This document shows positions 32,309-41,524 of a DNA stretch of 64,000 bases, in pieces. Under the pieces are notes generated by a model. It searched no databases, was not told the DNA's origin, and saw only the letters and a list, made by a program, of their open reading frames with translations. Location of the stretch: the NCBI GenBank assembly GCA_005400705.1, contig GCA_005400705.1_4079.1. One strand, 5' to 3'. The position numbers and the translations under genes were made by a program. Positions within the stretch are counted from its first letter, which is position 1; the number at the start of each line of letters is the position of its first letter. Source of the DNA: Escherichia coli. GTDB taxonomy: Bacteria; Pseudomonadota; Gammaproteobacteria; Enterobacterales; Enterobacteriaceae.

Positions 32309-32731
32309 ATGTTCACACTAAGTAATGCAAAATATCTTTTTCTTATTAGTATTATTGGTTGGGTTATGGCTCCAGTGCTAAATGCACTGGGGTTTTCCGA
32401 TGAACATAAACTTTTAAATGTTTCAGGTTTAATTCAGGGTATTTCATGGTATACATTAATTACATTTTCAGTGTGCATCAATACATTTGCCCGTGAACAT
32501 CGACGTTTGTTATATCTGAAAGTATTTGGAACTACCCGATATAGTTTTGTTTACACTTTCATTTTAGTACCGTGTATGTTATATGCATTTGTATTTGATT
32601 ACTATACATATCTATGGGTATGTGGAACTATGTTTGTTATGTTGGAATACATCAGAACTGTTCAAAACTCATATGCCGATGAATTTCATGATCTAGAAGT
32701 TAAACGAAAATTAACGGAGCTAAACAAATGA
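32309..32731 (+). CDS. multi-TM membrane protein (hypothetical)
   Basis: Several hydrophobic segments. Confidence 0.5.
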   Translation: MFTLSNAKYLFLISIIGWVMAPVLNALGFSDEHKLLNVSGLIQGISWYTLITFSVCINTFAREHRRLLYLKVFGTTRYSFVYTFILVPCMLYAFVFDYYTYLWVCGTMFVMLEYIRTVQNSYADEFHDLEVKRKLTELNK

Positions 32732-33153
32732 GAGGTTATAATAAGATTTGTATTTTTGTATTTTTAGTTTGTGCATTCAATTCGTTTGGTTACTACTGTA
32801 CAGAAAATAATATTTCATATGGTTTAAATCCTTTGTGGTTTACAATTTCTAATGTAGCACAAATTGGTATTGCTCTTATGTCTGCACTTATGTTCTGTCC
32901 AATTGTCACTATGGATACTGATCATGAAAGGCTTGGATTTCTCCGTGATACTGGAGACGAACCTTACAGTAGATTGATTGTGTTGTATCCATTTATTGTT
33001 ATTTTAGGTACTAACATCCAACTTGGGTCATTATCTAATAGTGTTACATCAGCAGCTATTGCTATATTTGCATTCACATTTTTTATGGTACACAAATCAG
33101 TACTTAATTGGTATATCACAAAAATGGCAGAAGAAGGTACTAAAAATACTTGA
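32728..33153 (+). CDS. multi-TM membrane protein (hypothetical)
   Basis: Several hydrophobic segments; ATGA overlap. Confidence 0.5.
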   Translation: MRGYNKICIFVFLVCAFNSFGYYCTENNISYGLNPLWFTISNVAQIGIALMSALMFCPIVTMDTDHERLGFLRDTGDEPYSRLIVLYPFIVILGTNIQLGSLSNSVTSAAIAIFAFTFFMVHKSVLNWYITKMAEEGTKNT

Positions 33154-33178
33154 CATAATTTAGTATGTTATATATAAT
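33150..33178 (+). promoter_or_regulatory. sigma70-like promoter
   Basis: TTGACA - 17 nt - TATAAT. Confidence 0.55.
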
Positions 33179-33212
33179 TATTTTGTTAAAAACAAATTAG
33201 AGTAAGGAACTT

Positions 33213-33464
33213 ATGAACATCGATAAGGTCAAAGAACTTAGTGCTGCACTAATTAAGAATGAAGAAGTTTGTGAAGAACTTCGCAGTACTATCAAAGTTG
33301 AGTACGCACGACTCCAAGGTATGCTTCAAGAATCAGAATGGGTAGTAACTAAATCTATCGAAGCAATCTATAAGGATATCGAATCCCTTTTCAACAAGAA
33401 AAGTAAGATTGAATCTGATTCATATAACAAACGTAAAGAGTTATCTACTGCACTTGGTATCTAA
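33213..33464 (+). CDS. hypothetical protein
   Basis: SD AAGGAA. Confidence 0.5.
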   Translation: MNIDKVKELSAALIKNEEVCEELRSTIKVEYARLQGMLQESEWVVTKSIEAIYKDIESLFNKKSKIESDSYNKRKELSTALGI

Positions 33465-33470
33465 AAGTAT

Positions 33471-33499
33471 TTGACATAACAAATAATATGGAGTACAAT
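33471..33499 (+). promoter_or_regulatory. sigma70-like promoter
   Basis: TTGACA - 17 nt - TACAAT. Confidence 0.5.
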
Positions 33500-33538
33500 G
33501 TGCTCCTAATTTAATTATCAGCTAAAAAGGAAAACATT

Positions 33539-33799
33539 ATGAAATCTATTCTCGTTGCAGTTAACCTGGTTGCTTCCCCATCTTTCAACTTCAAACAAGT
33601 TGTTGCTGATAATCTGAAGAAGATCTGTCCAAACGCTGAATTAACTTTCTGTGTGTTTGATTCAGAAAAAGTAACTAAAGTTGATCTAAACTATCTTTTG
33701 AACGAAGTAAAAAGCGTTTCTGGTGAAAGTAACTTAAAAGTTCTTCATGATATTGCTGATGATTATGATGATACACTTGTAATTTCGGAGAAATTCTAA
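33539..33799 (+). CDS. hypothetical protein
   Basis: SD AAAAGGAAA. Confidence 0.5.
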   Translation: MKSILVAVNLVASPSFNFKQVVADNLKKICPNAELTFCVFDSEKVTKVDLNYLLNEVKSVSGESNLKVLHDIADDYDDTLVISEKF

Positions 33800-33804
33800 A
33801 TAAA

Positions 33805-34224
33805 ATGTTTAGATTTCTTCAGTACTTAATCATTAAGTTCTTTGGTTATCATACGATTGAAGGAAAAGCTACACTTGCACATAAAATCTTTGTAGCATTA
33901 TGTACGGGTGATTATGACGTATTGAATAAGTACTGTAAATCGCAAGCATGTATTGATATAATGGCACTTCGTATCTATGAGTGCCAGTTCAATAGATATA
34001 ATTTTTACCAGTACAGATTTGATAAAGAAGAATTTGATAGCATCAAAATGCTAAAGAATTTATGTAACAATAAAAAGAATATGCATATATCAGAATTTGT
34101 TGCTTTGTATTTTTATTTAAAAAGTTCATTGTATATGAACACGATGCAAAGATTCGATACTAGAATTAATGTATTCACCGATAAAGAATTTTATATATAC
34201 GATAAATTCTTAGATAAGGTTTAA
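33805..34224 (+). CDS. hypothetical protein
   Basis: 139 aa ORF. Confidence 0.5.
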   Translation: MFRFLQYLIIKFFGYHTIEGKATLAHKIFVALCTGDYDVLNKYCKSQACIDIMALRIYECQFNRYNFYQYRFDKEEFDSIKMLKNLCNNKKNMHISEFVALYFYLKSSLYMNTMQRFDTRINVFTDKEFYIYDKFLDKV

Positions 34225-34225
34225 T

Positions 34226-34723
34226 ATGACAACTGTTTATATTGATAAACGATTAAATTTATTGATTACCGATTCTAGAGTTACGTCAACTATACCACGA
34301 AACTTATTTGGTTTTTTTCCACTAAGACCAAAATATCAATATGGAGTTGTTAATCAAAAAACTTTATATGTACATGACCGTTTATTCAGTGCTAGTGGGG
34401 CAGTAAGTGAAATTGATAAAGTACTGGATTGGTTAATTAATAAAGTACCAGTTATACCTGACAGAAAGTTAAGTTGCCATTGTGTGCTTCTTTCTAAAGA
34501 TTATGTTATTCATATGATTTTAACTAAAGGAAAGTTTATTAAAAAACTTGAATATCTACATGAAGACTACACTTTCTTTATGGGAAGTGGTGGAGAATAC
34601 ATGGTAGATGCTGCTATTCATGAAGAACATACAACTTTATATGATAAAGTGTTTAGTACTTTCATGGATGTGCATAACCATGATTGCTTCACAGATGATA
34701 ATATTAATGTATATCGATTTTGA
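34226..34723 (+). CDS. hypothetical protein
   Basis: 165 aa ORF. Confidence 0.5.
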   Translation: MTTVYIDKRLNLLITDSRVTSTIPRNLFGFFPLRPKYQYGVVNQKTLYVHDRLFSASGAVSEIDKVLDWLINKVPVIPDRKLSCHCVLLSKDYVIHMILTKGKFIKKLEYLHEDYTFFMGSGGEYMVDAAIHEEHTTLYDKVFSTFMDVHNHDCFTDDNINVYRF

Positions 34724-34744
34724 TTTCGTCATTAGGAGATGTAA

Positions 34745-35710
34745 GTGAAAAAGCTTGATTTAAATACAATTGCCGAAGAAGTTCTGGATGAATGTTTTGC
34801 TAATGAAGAAGTCAACACACTAGAAGCCTTAGATTTCGTTGAAGATAAAGATGAAAATGAAGGTAAAGTACAAAGCAGTTTCAAATATAATATTACACTT
34901 AAGCGACCACCAAATGTTTCCAATGAAGATCTAATTCGTGATATTCAAGCTGGTATCAATGTAAAGAAAAACACTGAACTGTTAGTTCGTTACAATTATG
35001 GACTGATTATTGATGTAGCAAGTAAATGTACTTGTTATATCCCATTTGAAGATAAGATTTCATATGGTGTTGAGGGGTTCATGAGAGCACTAAAAACCTT
35101 TGATCTTAATAAGAATGTGAAGTTCATTACCTATGCTTCTTCTAGTATTTACATGACAGTTTATAACGAAAGTTCTGACGCTAACTATATGGTACACTTC
35201 CCACGTTATATGAGTGTTCATAAGATCAAAGTAAAAAGATTCTGCCAGGAATATATGCGTAAACATGGTGTTCGCCCAACTCCTGAAATAATCTCAGAGG
35301 GTACTGGGATTGAGATTCAGCATGTTAATAATTGTTTGTTATTTCAAAGCGAATACACTTCACTGGATGCACCATTAGACGGTGTTACAGATGGTACACT
35401 AGGTGACATTATTCATTCACCTGCTTCTGATTTTAACCTCAATGTTGATAGTATTCGTGCACCTTTACGTTATGCTATCAATGAACTGACTAACGAATTG
35501 AGTACTAAAGAACGTGAGATTATCCAGCGTGTTCATGGTCTAGGTGAATATGAACCTGAAACGCTTCGTGAGATTGCTGATAATGGTTTTGTTGATGATA
35601 ATGGAAAATATGTTAAATCCCGTTCATCAATACACCGAAAGTACAGTGAAGCTATGCAAAAGCTTAAGAAGCTAGTACTTGCAAAAGGGTACGAATACGA
35701 AGATTTCTAA
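34745..35710 (+). CDS. sigma70-family RNA polymerase sigma factor
   Basis: GTG start after AGGAG; region 2 (EGFMRALKTFDLNKNVKFITYASSSIYMTV) and region 4 helix-turn-helix (LSTKEREIIQRVHGL...ETLREIAD...KSRSSIHRKYSEAMQKLKK). Confidence 0.75.
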   Translation: MKKLDLNTIAEEVLDECFANEEVNTLEALDFVEDKDENEGKVQSSFKYNITLKRPPNVSNEDLIRDIQAGINVKKNTELLVRYNYGLIIDVASKCTCYIPFEDKISYGVEGFMRALKTFDLNKNVKFITYASSSIYMTVYNESSDANYMVHFPRYMSVHKIKVKRFCQEYMRKHGVRPTPEIISEGTGIEIQHVNNCLLFQSEYTSLDAPLDGVTDGTLGDIIHSPASDFNLNVDSIRAPLRYAINELTNELSTKEREIIQRVHGLGEYEPETLREIADNGFVDDNGKYVKSRSSIHRKYSEAMQKLKKLVLAKGYEYEDF

Positions 35711-35717
35711 AGAAAAA

Positions 35718-35743
35718 GGGTTGGCTTATGCCAACCTTTTTTT
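35718..35743 (+). terminator. intrinsic terminator
   Basis: GGTTGGC-TTAT-GCCAACC hairpin followed by a T7 run. Confidence 0.65.
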
Positions 35744-35749
35744 ATGGGA

Positions 35750-36360
35750 TGAAGTAAAAGTTTGTGATATAATTATCTTGTACAATTCTGTTGGCATGAT
35801 ATTCATGTACCTGATCCACTCGAAAACGTAGAGGGCAGTTGAGCAGTCCGACAGTGCGAACAGCAAAAGAAACCCGTTAGATGTGGGCATAGTTTGAACC
35901 CCTCACGGCAATGCGGCTGTATAAAGAACCACGTTAGGATAGCTGGTGGTTCCTTGATAGACATATAAGGATAACACCTTACGAATTATCTAAGGGAGAG
36001 TTATCAAATTTTGTACAGGAAAGTTGCGTCCAGAATTTGAGTACTCACATTAAGTATTTGATTGCATAGATACTTAATGAAGATACACTATGTTTAAAAG
36101 TGTAGACCGTCATATGAAACTGAAGTAGAGAGAAACAGGATGACCCGCTTTCGCACTCGTTATGAGTAATCTTCAATGCAATAGCTCTGATACCATCAGC
36201 GTCAAATTTCCCTCCTTGTGGGGGGGAAGAAAAATCCCTTCCTCAAATCCCGTCAATATTAAAAGTCCTTGACAGTTATTAATCATTCGCGTAGAATACG
36301 TAGTATTAGAAGCGAACAGACATCTCTTCGAGATGGATGATTAACCATTAAGGAATATCA
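35750..36360 (+). ncRNA. candidate structured non-coding RNA (unclassified)
   Basis: About 610 bp with no ORF of 60 aa or more on either strand in an otherwise saturated genome; locally GC-richer; extended -10-like TGTGATATAAT at 35763-35773. Confidence 0.3.
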
Positions 36361-36361
36361 A

Positions 36362-36571
36362 ATGAATTCAGTAATCTTTTTAGTAGTCGCTTTCTCTGTT
36401 AATTCCGGTGTACAAATTACCCCAATGAACTCAATGAACCAATGTTTTTCTGTACGTGACAGTACTTATGATCAAGTAAACCACATGTCACTTATGACAG
36501 TTAGTAAAGAAAGTATGTGGTGTTACAATAGTAATACTAACACAAAGCTTATTGTAGGACAAACTCAATGA
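36362..36571 (+). CDS. hypothetical protein
   Basis: SD AAGGAA. Confidence 0.5.
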   Translation: MNSVIFLVVAFSVNSGVQITPMNSMNQCFSVRDSTYDQVNHMSLMTVSKESMWCYNSNTNTKLIVGQTQ

Positions 36572-36798
36572 GTTATGGTGTTCGTTTTGAGATTCGTTCT
36601 ATTGTCATCAATGCAGAGAAACAAGTATCGTTGGATGGTGATATACGTGAAATTTATCTATCATGTATCCGTGCGAAATCTGAAGCAGATGCCTTAGTAC
36701 AAATGTATAGTTTTAACTTTTCAAATGGATTCTATTTGGTACGAGTTGTTGAAGTTAAAAAAGTAATTCTTGGTTGTTGCATAGAAGGAATAATGTAA
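36568..36798 (+). CDS. hypothetical protein
   Basis: ATGA overlap. Confidence 0.5.
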   Translation: MSYGVRFEIRSIVINAEKQVSLDGDIREIYLSCIRAKSEADALVQMYSFNFSNGFYLVRVVEVKKVILGCCIEGIM

Positions 36799-37587
36799 AT
36801 GAGCACTATCGATGAACTGATTCAACGGAATTCAAAATATTACCAACCATCAGAAATTGTGGATAACATTACTAAATCTGAGTTTGGACCGAACACACGC
36901 AAACTCATTCATGTAATGTCACGTGATGGCTTTAAATGTGATTGTTGTGGTGAATCAAATGTAGTATTCACTTTACACAAGCACAGTACTAAAGAACGTT
37001 ATAAATTCAGACCTTATGTACTTAAAGGGAAACGTCTTGTACGCATGACGTTAGACCATAACGTACTGGACTGTCTTCAGGGCGGTAATGATAAAGAGAA
37101 CATGACTGCACTGTGTGAAGATTGTAACGCATTACGCCAGCATAAGTTTGCTGAATACAGTGAGTTTAAACACTGGTATCATAACGCGGATCGTTCAATC
37201 GAGCCTGACGTTAACTACTGCTTCATTGAGTACATTAAGAATGCAAAAGATACATACATTCTTAAATCAATGTCACCTATTACCGTGTTTCCTGAGAACC
37301 TATTCACTACATTAAAGAATAGTTTTATTGTAGGTGATATTGATGCATTCAAGTATTTTGACAAAGGTGCAAAACATTTTGAAATTCAATGTCTTAGTAC
37401 TGCACTATGTGAACTCATTAAAATTTACATAAAAGAGTGTTTGGGTATTGACAATGTACGTGTACCAGAGTATACTTTTTCTATTGAATTCGATTGTGAA
37501 TCAATCAAAGAGTTTGGAATTCTTTTCAATAAACAAATAGAACTTGCAATTCAAAACGAAATCAAGTACTATACTACTAACATTTAA
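36799..37587 (+). CDS. HNH-motif endonuclease-like protein
   Basis: FKCDCCGE ... LDHNVLDCLQGGNDKENMTALCEDCNALRQHK resembles the HNH signature. Confidence 0.55.
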   Translation: MSTIDELIQRNSKYYQPSEIVDNITKSEFGPNTRKLIHVMSRDGFKCDCCGESNVVFTLHKHSTKERYKFRPYVLKGKRLVRMTLDHNVLDCLQGGNDKENMTALCEDCNALRQHKFAEYSEFKHWYHNADRSIEPDVNYCFIEYIKNAKDTYILKSMSPITVFPENLFTTLKNSFIVGDIDAFKYFDKGAKHFEIQCLSTALCELIKIYIKECLGIDNVRVPEYTFSIEFDCESIKEFGILFNKQIELAIQNEIKYYTTNI

Positions 37588-37602
37588 TCAGAGGAAATTA
37601 TC

Positions 37603-37785
37603 ATGCAAATCATCATTCTTATCGTTGGTATCATGTTAGGTGTTTATGGTCACTCATGGATGAACGAGAAGTTTCCTAATACGCGTCCTGAATATTGCAG
37701 TACTAATGTATTCCAGAATGGTGAGAAACCAAAGGAAAGTATTGGTAAAAAGCTGGACAAAGTACTTGATGTAATCAACGAATAA
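37603..37785 (+). CDS. small membrane protein (hypothetical)
   Basis: SD GAGGAAA; N-terminal TM. Confidence 0.5.
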   Translation: MQIIILIVGIMLGVYGHSWMNEKFPNTRPEYCSTNVFQNGEKPKESIGKKLDKVLDVINE

Positions 37786-37794
37786 GGGGAAAGT

Positions 37795-37995
37795 ATGTTT
37801 AAATCAAATTCGAATGTTGGTAAGAAGGTTCAATTACTTGAGGATGTATCCACTCTGAGTGGGATTTTCCCAAGAGGTCACATCATGACTATTATTGCCG
37901 AAACATCCCGTGGTTGGGACTTGGAAGATGCTGATGGTAATCGCATCCTTGAGGCTGGCTTCTATGGTCATCGTGAATATAAAATTATCGATTAA
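37795..37995 (+). CDS. hypothetical protein
   Basis: SD AAGGGGAAA. Confidence 0.5.
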   Translation: MFKSNSNVGKKVQLLEDVSTLSGIFPRGHIMTIIAETSRGWDLEDADGNRILEAGFYGHREYKIID

Positions 37996-38091
37996 GGATA
38001 TAAAATGATGTTAGAGGCTATCATTGGTATTGTTAGTTTTAGTCATCTGTGTTGCTTGCTTTGGGTATATGATGATTTTTGGTGATTAATA

Positions 38092-38119
38092 CTTGACAGA
38101 AGATATCAGTACTGTATAA
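38092..38119 (+). promoter_or_regulatory. sigma70-like promoter with extended -10
   Basis: TTGACA-GAAGATATCAGTACTG-TATAAT. Confidence 0.6.
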
Positions 38120-38165
38120 TGTTTATATCAAACGAAATCCACTTTAACAAATGATAGGAAATATT

Positions 38166-38444
38166 ATGTCTTTTTCTAAAGAAGAACGTGACCTTATTAA
38201 AAAAGCAATTTGGTTTTATGCTAATGAAGGGAAGTGCGATGAAGAAAAAGCACGTGAACTGTGTAATATCCTTGAGAAGAAACAAGAACTGAAAGTGTTT
38301 CGTATCCGTGATTTGGATGAAGGGGATCGTATTGTCCTAGCTGAAACAAAAGAAGAAGCAGAACAAATCTTCACTGATAAAAACGAAAATCCACATTGGA
38401 TGGAAGAAGTCTGTGATGTTAAAAAAGGTACTTATATCGATTGA
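38166..38444 (+). CDS. hypothetical protein
   Basis: ATG after AGGAAA (track ORF 38151-38444). Confidence 0.5.
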   Translation: MSFSKEERDLIKKAIWFYANEGKCDEEKARELCNILEKKQELKVFRIRDLDEGDRIVLAETKEEAEQIFTDKNENPHWMEEVCDVKKGTYID

Positions 38445-38469
38445 CAGTACTGAATAATAGCAGTATAAT
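38441..38469 (+). promoter_or_regulatory. sigma70-like promoter
   Basis: TTGACA-GTACTGAATAATAGCAG-TATAAT. Confidence 0.55.
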
Positions 38470-38481
38470 GTTTATATCAAA

Positions 38482-38540
38482 GGGAATGCAGTGAAAGGAA
38501 AGACAGCATAATCGTACTCGTCACTGCGTTCCCGCCCTTT
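38482..38540 (+). terminator. 13 bp hairpin + T-run just downstream of promoter (terminator, attenuator or small RNA)
   Basis: Arms GGGAATGCAGTGA / TCACTGCGTTCCC with a 26 nt loop, followed by GCCCTTTT. Confidence 0.45.
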
Positions 38541-38562
38541 TAAATTAAATGAGGAATTAACT

Positions 38563-38871
38563 ATGTTTCAAACTAACACTCAAGGTTTTGTAATCATCGA
38601 TTTGAATCAAAACAGCGGTTATTGGATGAAACCTACTGACGCATGTATGCAGTTTGATTTCTTAGGTTACAGAATTAGTGTAAGTACTGGTGCTTCTGTA
38701 CTGAGAGGTGGTTGTATCGTTGAACATCTGGTAACTGATCCAGAAGGTCGTGAGTATGAAATCGCAGGTTCAGTACAAGATGCCATTATGTTTGTATGTC
38801 AGCGTGAAATGAATGGTTCGAATTCAAATGCACTGACTCATGCTCTTTCTCAAGAAGTGGAGGTTCGTTAA
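38563..38871 (+). CDS. hypothetical protein
   Basis: SD GAGGAA. Confidence 0.5.
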   Translation: MFQTNTQGFVIIDLNQNSGYWMKPTDACMQFDFLGYRISVSTGASVLRGGCIVEHLVTDPEGREYEIAGSVQDAIMFVCQREMNGSNSNALTHALSQEVEVR

Positions 38872-39116
38872 TGAAATATATTGTAGCAGTACTAATCGCT
38901 TTTCTACTCACTGCATGTGATGCTTCTACCAAAGAACGTACAAGTGATTTTGTTCTACCTGCTGAATTAAAAGAAGCAGGGTGTAAGATTTATCGTATGC
39001 AACAAGATGGTGCTGGTGCGACTTTGTACACTGTGTACTGTCCTAATGCAAACACTTCTACGTCGCATACGAGTGGGAAAATTCGTATGAATACATCAGT
39101 GGTTCATGGAGAATAA
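38871..39116 (+). CDS. putative lipoprotein
   Basis: Signal peptide ending in lipobox LTAC (MKYIVAVLIAFLLTACDAS). Confidence 0.55.
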   Translation: MKYIVAVLIAFLLTACDASTKERTSDFVLPAELKEAGCKIYRMQQDGAGATLYTVYCPNANTSTSHTSGKIRMNTSVVHGE

Positions 39117-39118
39117 CA

Positions 39119-39487
39119 ATGAGTCTTGATACAACTCGTGCAGCAAATATCTTAGAACGTTTGAATGATGAAGAATATCTTGCTAATGCAAAATATCAGC
39201 TTGAAAAACTCATTCGAAATGTAAAATATGTTGATATCACTACACAGCTTCCACTAGATGAATATCATAAGCTAAACGAAAATATTGTATATCACCCAAA
39301 TGAAATTTGGATTGAGTGGGAATCATGGACCCATTCGGTTCTCCGTATCGAGGGCTATTGTGTGAAATATGAAAGTTCACCAGGTGATTTTACAAAAAAA
39401 CTGTCGATATTGTGCACTGACACACATGAAATAGTTGAGGTGAATTTGAATCATATGAAGGGTTGCCGTTGGGGAGATCTTAAATGA
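39119..39487 (+). CDS. hypothetical protein
   Basis: SD GGAGAA. Confidence 0.5.
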   Translation: MSLDTTRAANILERLNDEEYLANAKYQLEKLIRNVKYVDITTQLPLDEYHKLNENIVYHPNEIWIEWESWTHSVLRIEGYCVKYESSPGDFTKKLSILCTDTHEIVEVNLNHMKGCRWGDLK

Positions 39488-39759
39488 TTAAAAAACTATT
39501 GACTGTGTTTGTTGTATTCTGTACAATGTTTCTTACAGCATGTAATGATGACGGCAGGTTTAGTGCAAAAGACTTAGTTCGTCAGGATTGTACATTCACA
39601 GGCAAGTCTTTTATTAACGAGTATGAAATATGTACACAATCAGGTCGTATCTGTGGTGGTTGGGAAAAACGTCAGGAGCGATTGTATGTATATGAATGCC
39701 CTGGACATCACAACAAAGTACTAAGCACACACAAACTTGTTTATGATAAGGTTGAATAA
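39484..39759 (+). CDS. putative lipoprotein
   Basis: Signal peptide with lipobox LTAC (MIKKLLTVFVVFCTMFLTACNDD). Confidence 0.55.
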   Translation: MIKKLLTVFVVFCTMFLTACNDDGRFSAKDLVRQDCTFTGKSFINEYEICTQSGRICGGWEKRQERLYVYECPGHHNKVLSTHKLVYDKVE

Positions 39760-39974
39760 TGACTACCAATGAAATGATGCAGGTTATTTGGGATAAAGGT
39801 TGTGATATTAAAATCACTAGTACTGATGTTCGTGTATTCAAAACTGAATATATGGAGTACTTGGATCTTGATACTTATAATAATATTGTATCAATCGAAC
39901 ACAAAGGTGCAGTACTGGAAACGATTGATGTAGTACTCAAGAAAGCTACCGACCTATTAGGAGTGGCAGTGTGA
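39759..39974 (+). CDS. hypothetical protein
   Basis: 71 aa ORF, overlapping stop/start. Confidence 0.45.
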   Translation: MTTNEMMQVIWDKGCDIKITSTDVRVFKTEYMEYLDLDTYNNIVSIEHKGAVLETIDVVLKKATDLLGVAV

Positions 39975-40125
39975 ATAACAAAGAGTGGGAAGATTACCGC
40001 AAGAAGTGCCGAGAGTTTGATAAAGAACTCACAGGTGCAGTGAACGCGGTAATGTGGGTATCTGCAATTATTGCAGTACTTGGTTTGGGTGCTATTATTA
40101 TTAATAAATTATTGTAAGGACTAAT

Positions 40126-40326
40126 ATGTTTACTTTATATCTTGCAGTAGTACTAACTAATGGTGAAATCACTCGCACCGTTGGTGAAGGTGTATATAAA
40201 ACACCTGAGCAGTGTTACTCTGCAACTCATTGGCCTCGTGATGCTGGTGATGAATCTCGCACTGAATACAAATGTATGAAGGTTAAAGGTGATTTTGTAA
40301 ATCTAAAGGTTATTGAGACTAAGTAA
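40126..40326 (+). CDS. hypothetical protein
   Basis: SD AAGGA. Confidence 0.45.
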   Translation: MFTLYLAVVLTNGEITRTVGEGVYKTPEQCYSATHWPRDAGDESRTEYKCMKVKGDFVNLKVIETK

Positions 40327-40844
40327 TGGATATTAATGAGTTGTTGAAATTAGTGTTTAATCGTGAACGCCGCGATACAAGACCAATTGAATATCAAGAT
40401 GTGATACGCATTGAAACTGATTTCTGTTATGGTAAAACAACTCATGACCTTTTGAATCTCTCTGGAAAACGCTATGCTGATGTTTGTTTTTCAGAGAGAA
40501 GTGATGGTTCAGAAATAACGAGTACTGATATTGTTTGTTACGCACGCAGTGCTGATAAATCTTATGAAATAGAACTTATATATTCCCCTAGTTCTAAAAC
40601 AAATCATCACCGCCATATTTTATATGATGTTTACACACCACCTGGTATTGCTGAATATTTTGTTATTGATTATAGTACTGAAGAAAATGTGTTTCAACAA
40701 AGTTTGATTCATAACTTTGAGGTGAATGATCCATTAGTACCAAAGTTGTTCAAACTACTTGACACCATAGATGTTGATTTTGAATTTGTTATGTGCATTA
40801 GAACTTCTTTATTCAATGAATTCATGGAACTTTTTAATATATGA
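40326..40844 (+). CDS. hypothetical protein, EExFFQxS-motif paralog family
   Basis: Motif TEENVFQQSLIHNFEV. Confidence 0.6.
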   Translation: MDINELLKLVFNRERRDTRPIEYQDVIRIETDFCYGKTTHDLLNLSGKRYADVCFSERSDGSEITSTDIVCYARSADKSYEIELIYSPSSKTNHHRHILYDVYTPPGIAEYFVIDYSTEENVFQQSLIHNFEVNDPLVPKLFKLLDTIDVDFEFVMCIRTSLFNEFMELFNI

Positions 40845-41062
40845 ATAGATACTATGTTGTGTATGAACACGTCTCTGAATTTAATAACATACGCGGGTTT
40901 TCCAGAGTAGTCACCAAGATGGATGTATTCATTCGTGCTCTTAGTGAAGTAGATGCACTGTTTAAATTGTTTGATGAAATTACAAAGTATAACACACCTA
41001 AAACACACCGCTATGTGGAAACTGTACATAGCATTATGCTAACTGAAAGTGATGAGGAATGA
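40841..41062 (+). CDS. hypothetical protein
   Basis: ATGA overlap. Confidence 0.45.
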   Translation: MNRYYVVYEHVSEFNNIRGFSRVVTKMDVFIRALSEVDALFKLFDEITKYNTPKTHRYVETVHSIMLTESDEE

Positions 41063-41065
41063 TAA

Positions 41066-41284
41066 ATGAATTTATATCTAGTTGAAGGTTTAGTACAAGT
41101 CTATAAACCAGAAGGTGAAGGTCAACGTTTTTCACACGTAGAAGAATTTAAGTACGTTGTACAGGCTGATGGTCAGTACGATGCGGAAATTCAAGTAGAT
41201 GAATCATTCCGTAAGAAAAATGAAATTGGTAAATTTCAATACCAGAACTTACAATATAAAGTATGGCCTAGTATAAATGACTAA
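41066..41284 (+). CDS. hypothetical protein
   Basis: SD GAGGAA. Confidence 0.45.
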   Translation: MNLYLVEGLVQVYKPEGEGQRFSHVEEFKYVVQADGQYDAEIQVDESFRKKNEIGKFQYQNLQYKVWPSIND

Positions 41285-41492
41285 GATGTGGTGGTGTCAT
41301 GGTGTATATAACGTGTATGTAAATGGTAGATATAAAATGTCTAGTACCTATACAAGACGTGTTAATGCGAACAACCAAGTTGATGCTGCTTGTGAGATCA
41401 TTGAGTGGTATGCTGAGTTCAATGCACCTGACTATATGTACGAAATAGTTACAATAAATGTTGTACAAATCGATACATCTTTGATACAATAA
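41277..41492 (+). CDS. hypothetical protein
   Basis: 71 aa ORF overlapping upstream gene. Confidence 0.4.
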   Translation: MTKMWWCHGVYNVYVNGRYKMSSTYTRRVNANNQVDAACEIIEWYAEFNAPDYMYEIVTINVVQIDTSLIQ

Positions 41493-41524
41493 CCACATCA
41501 AAAAAATTGCATCTGAGGATACTT

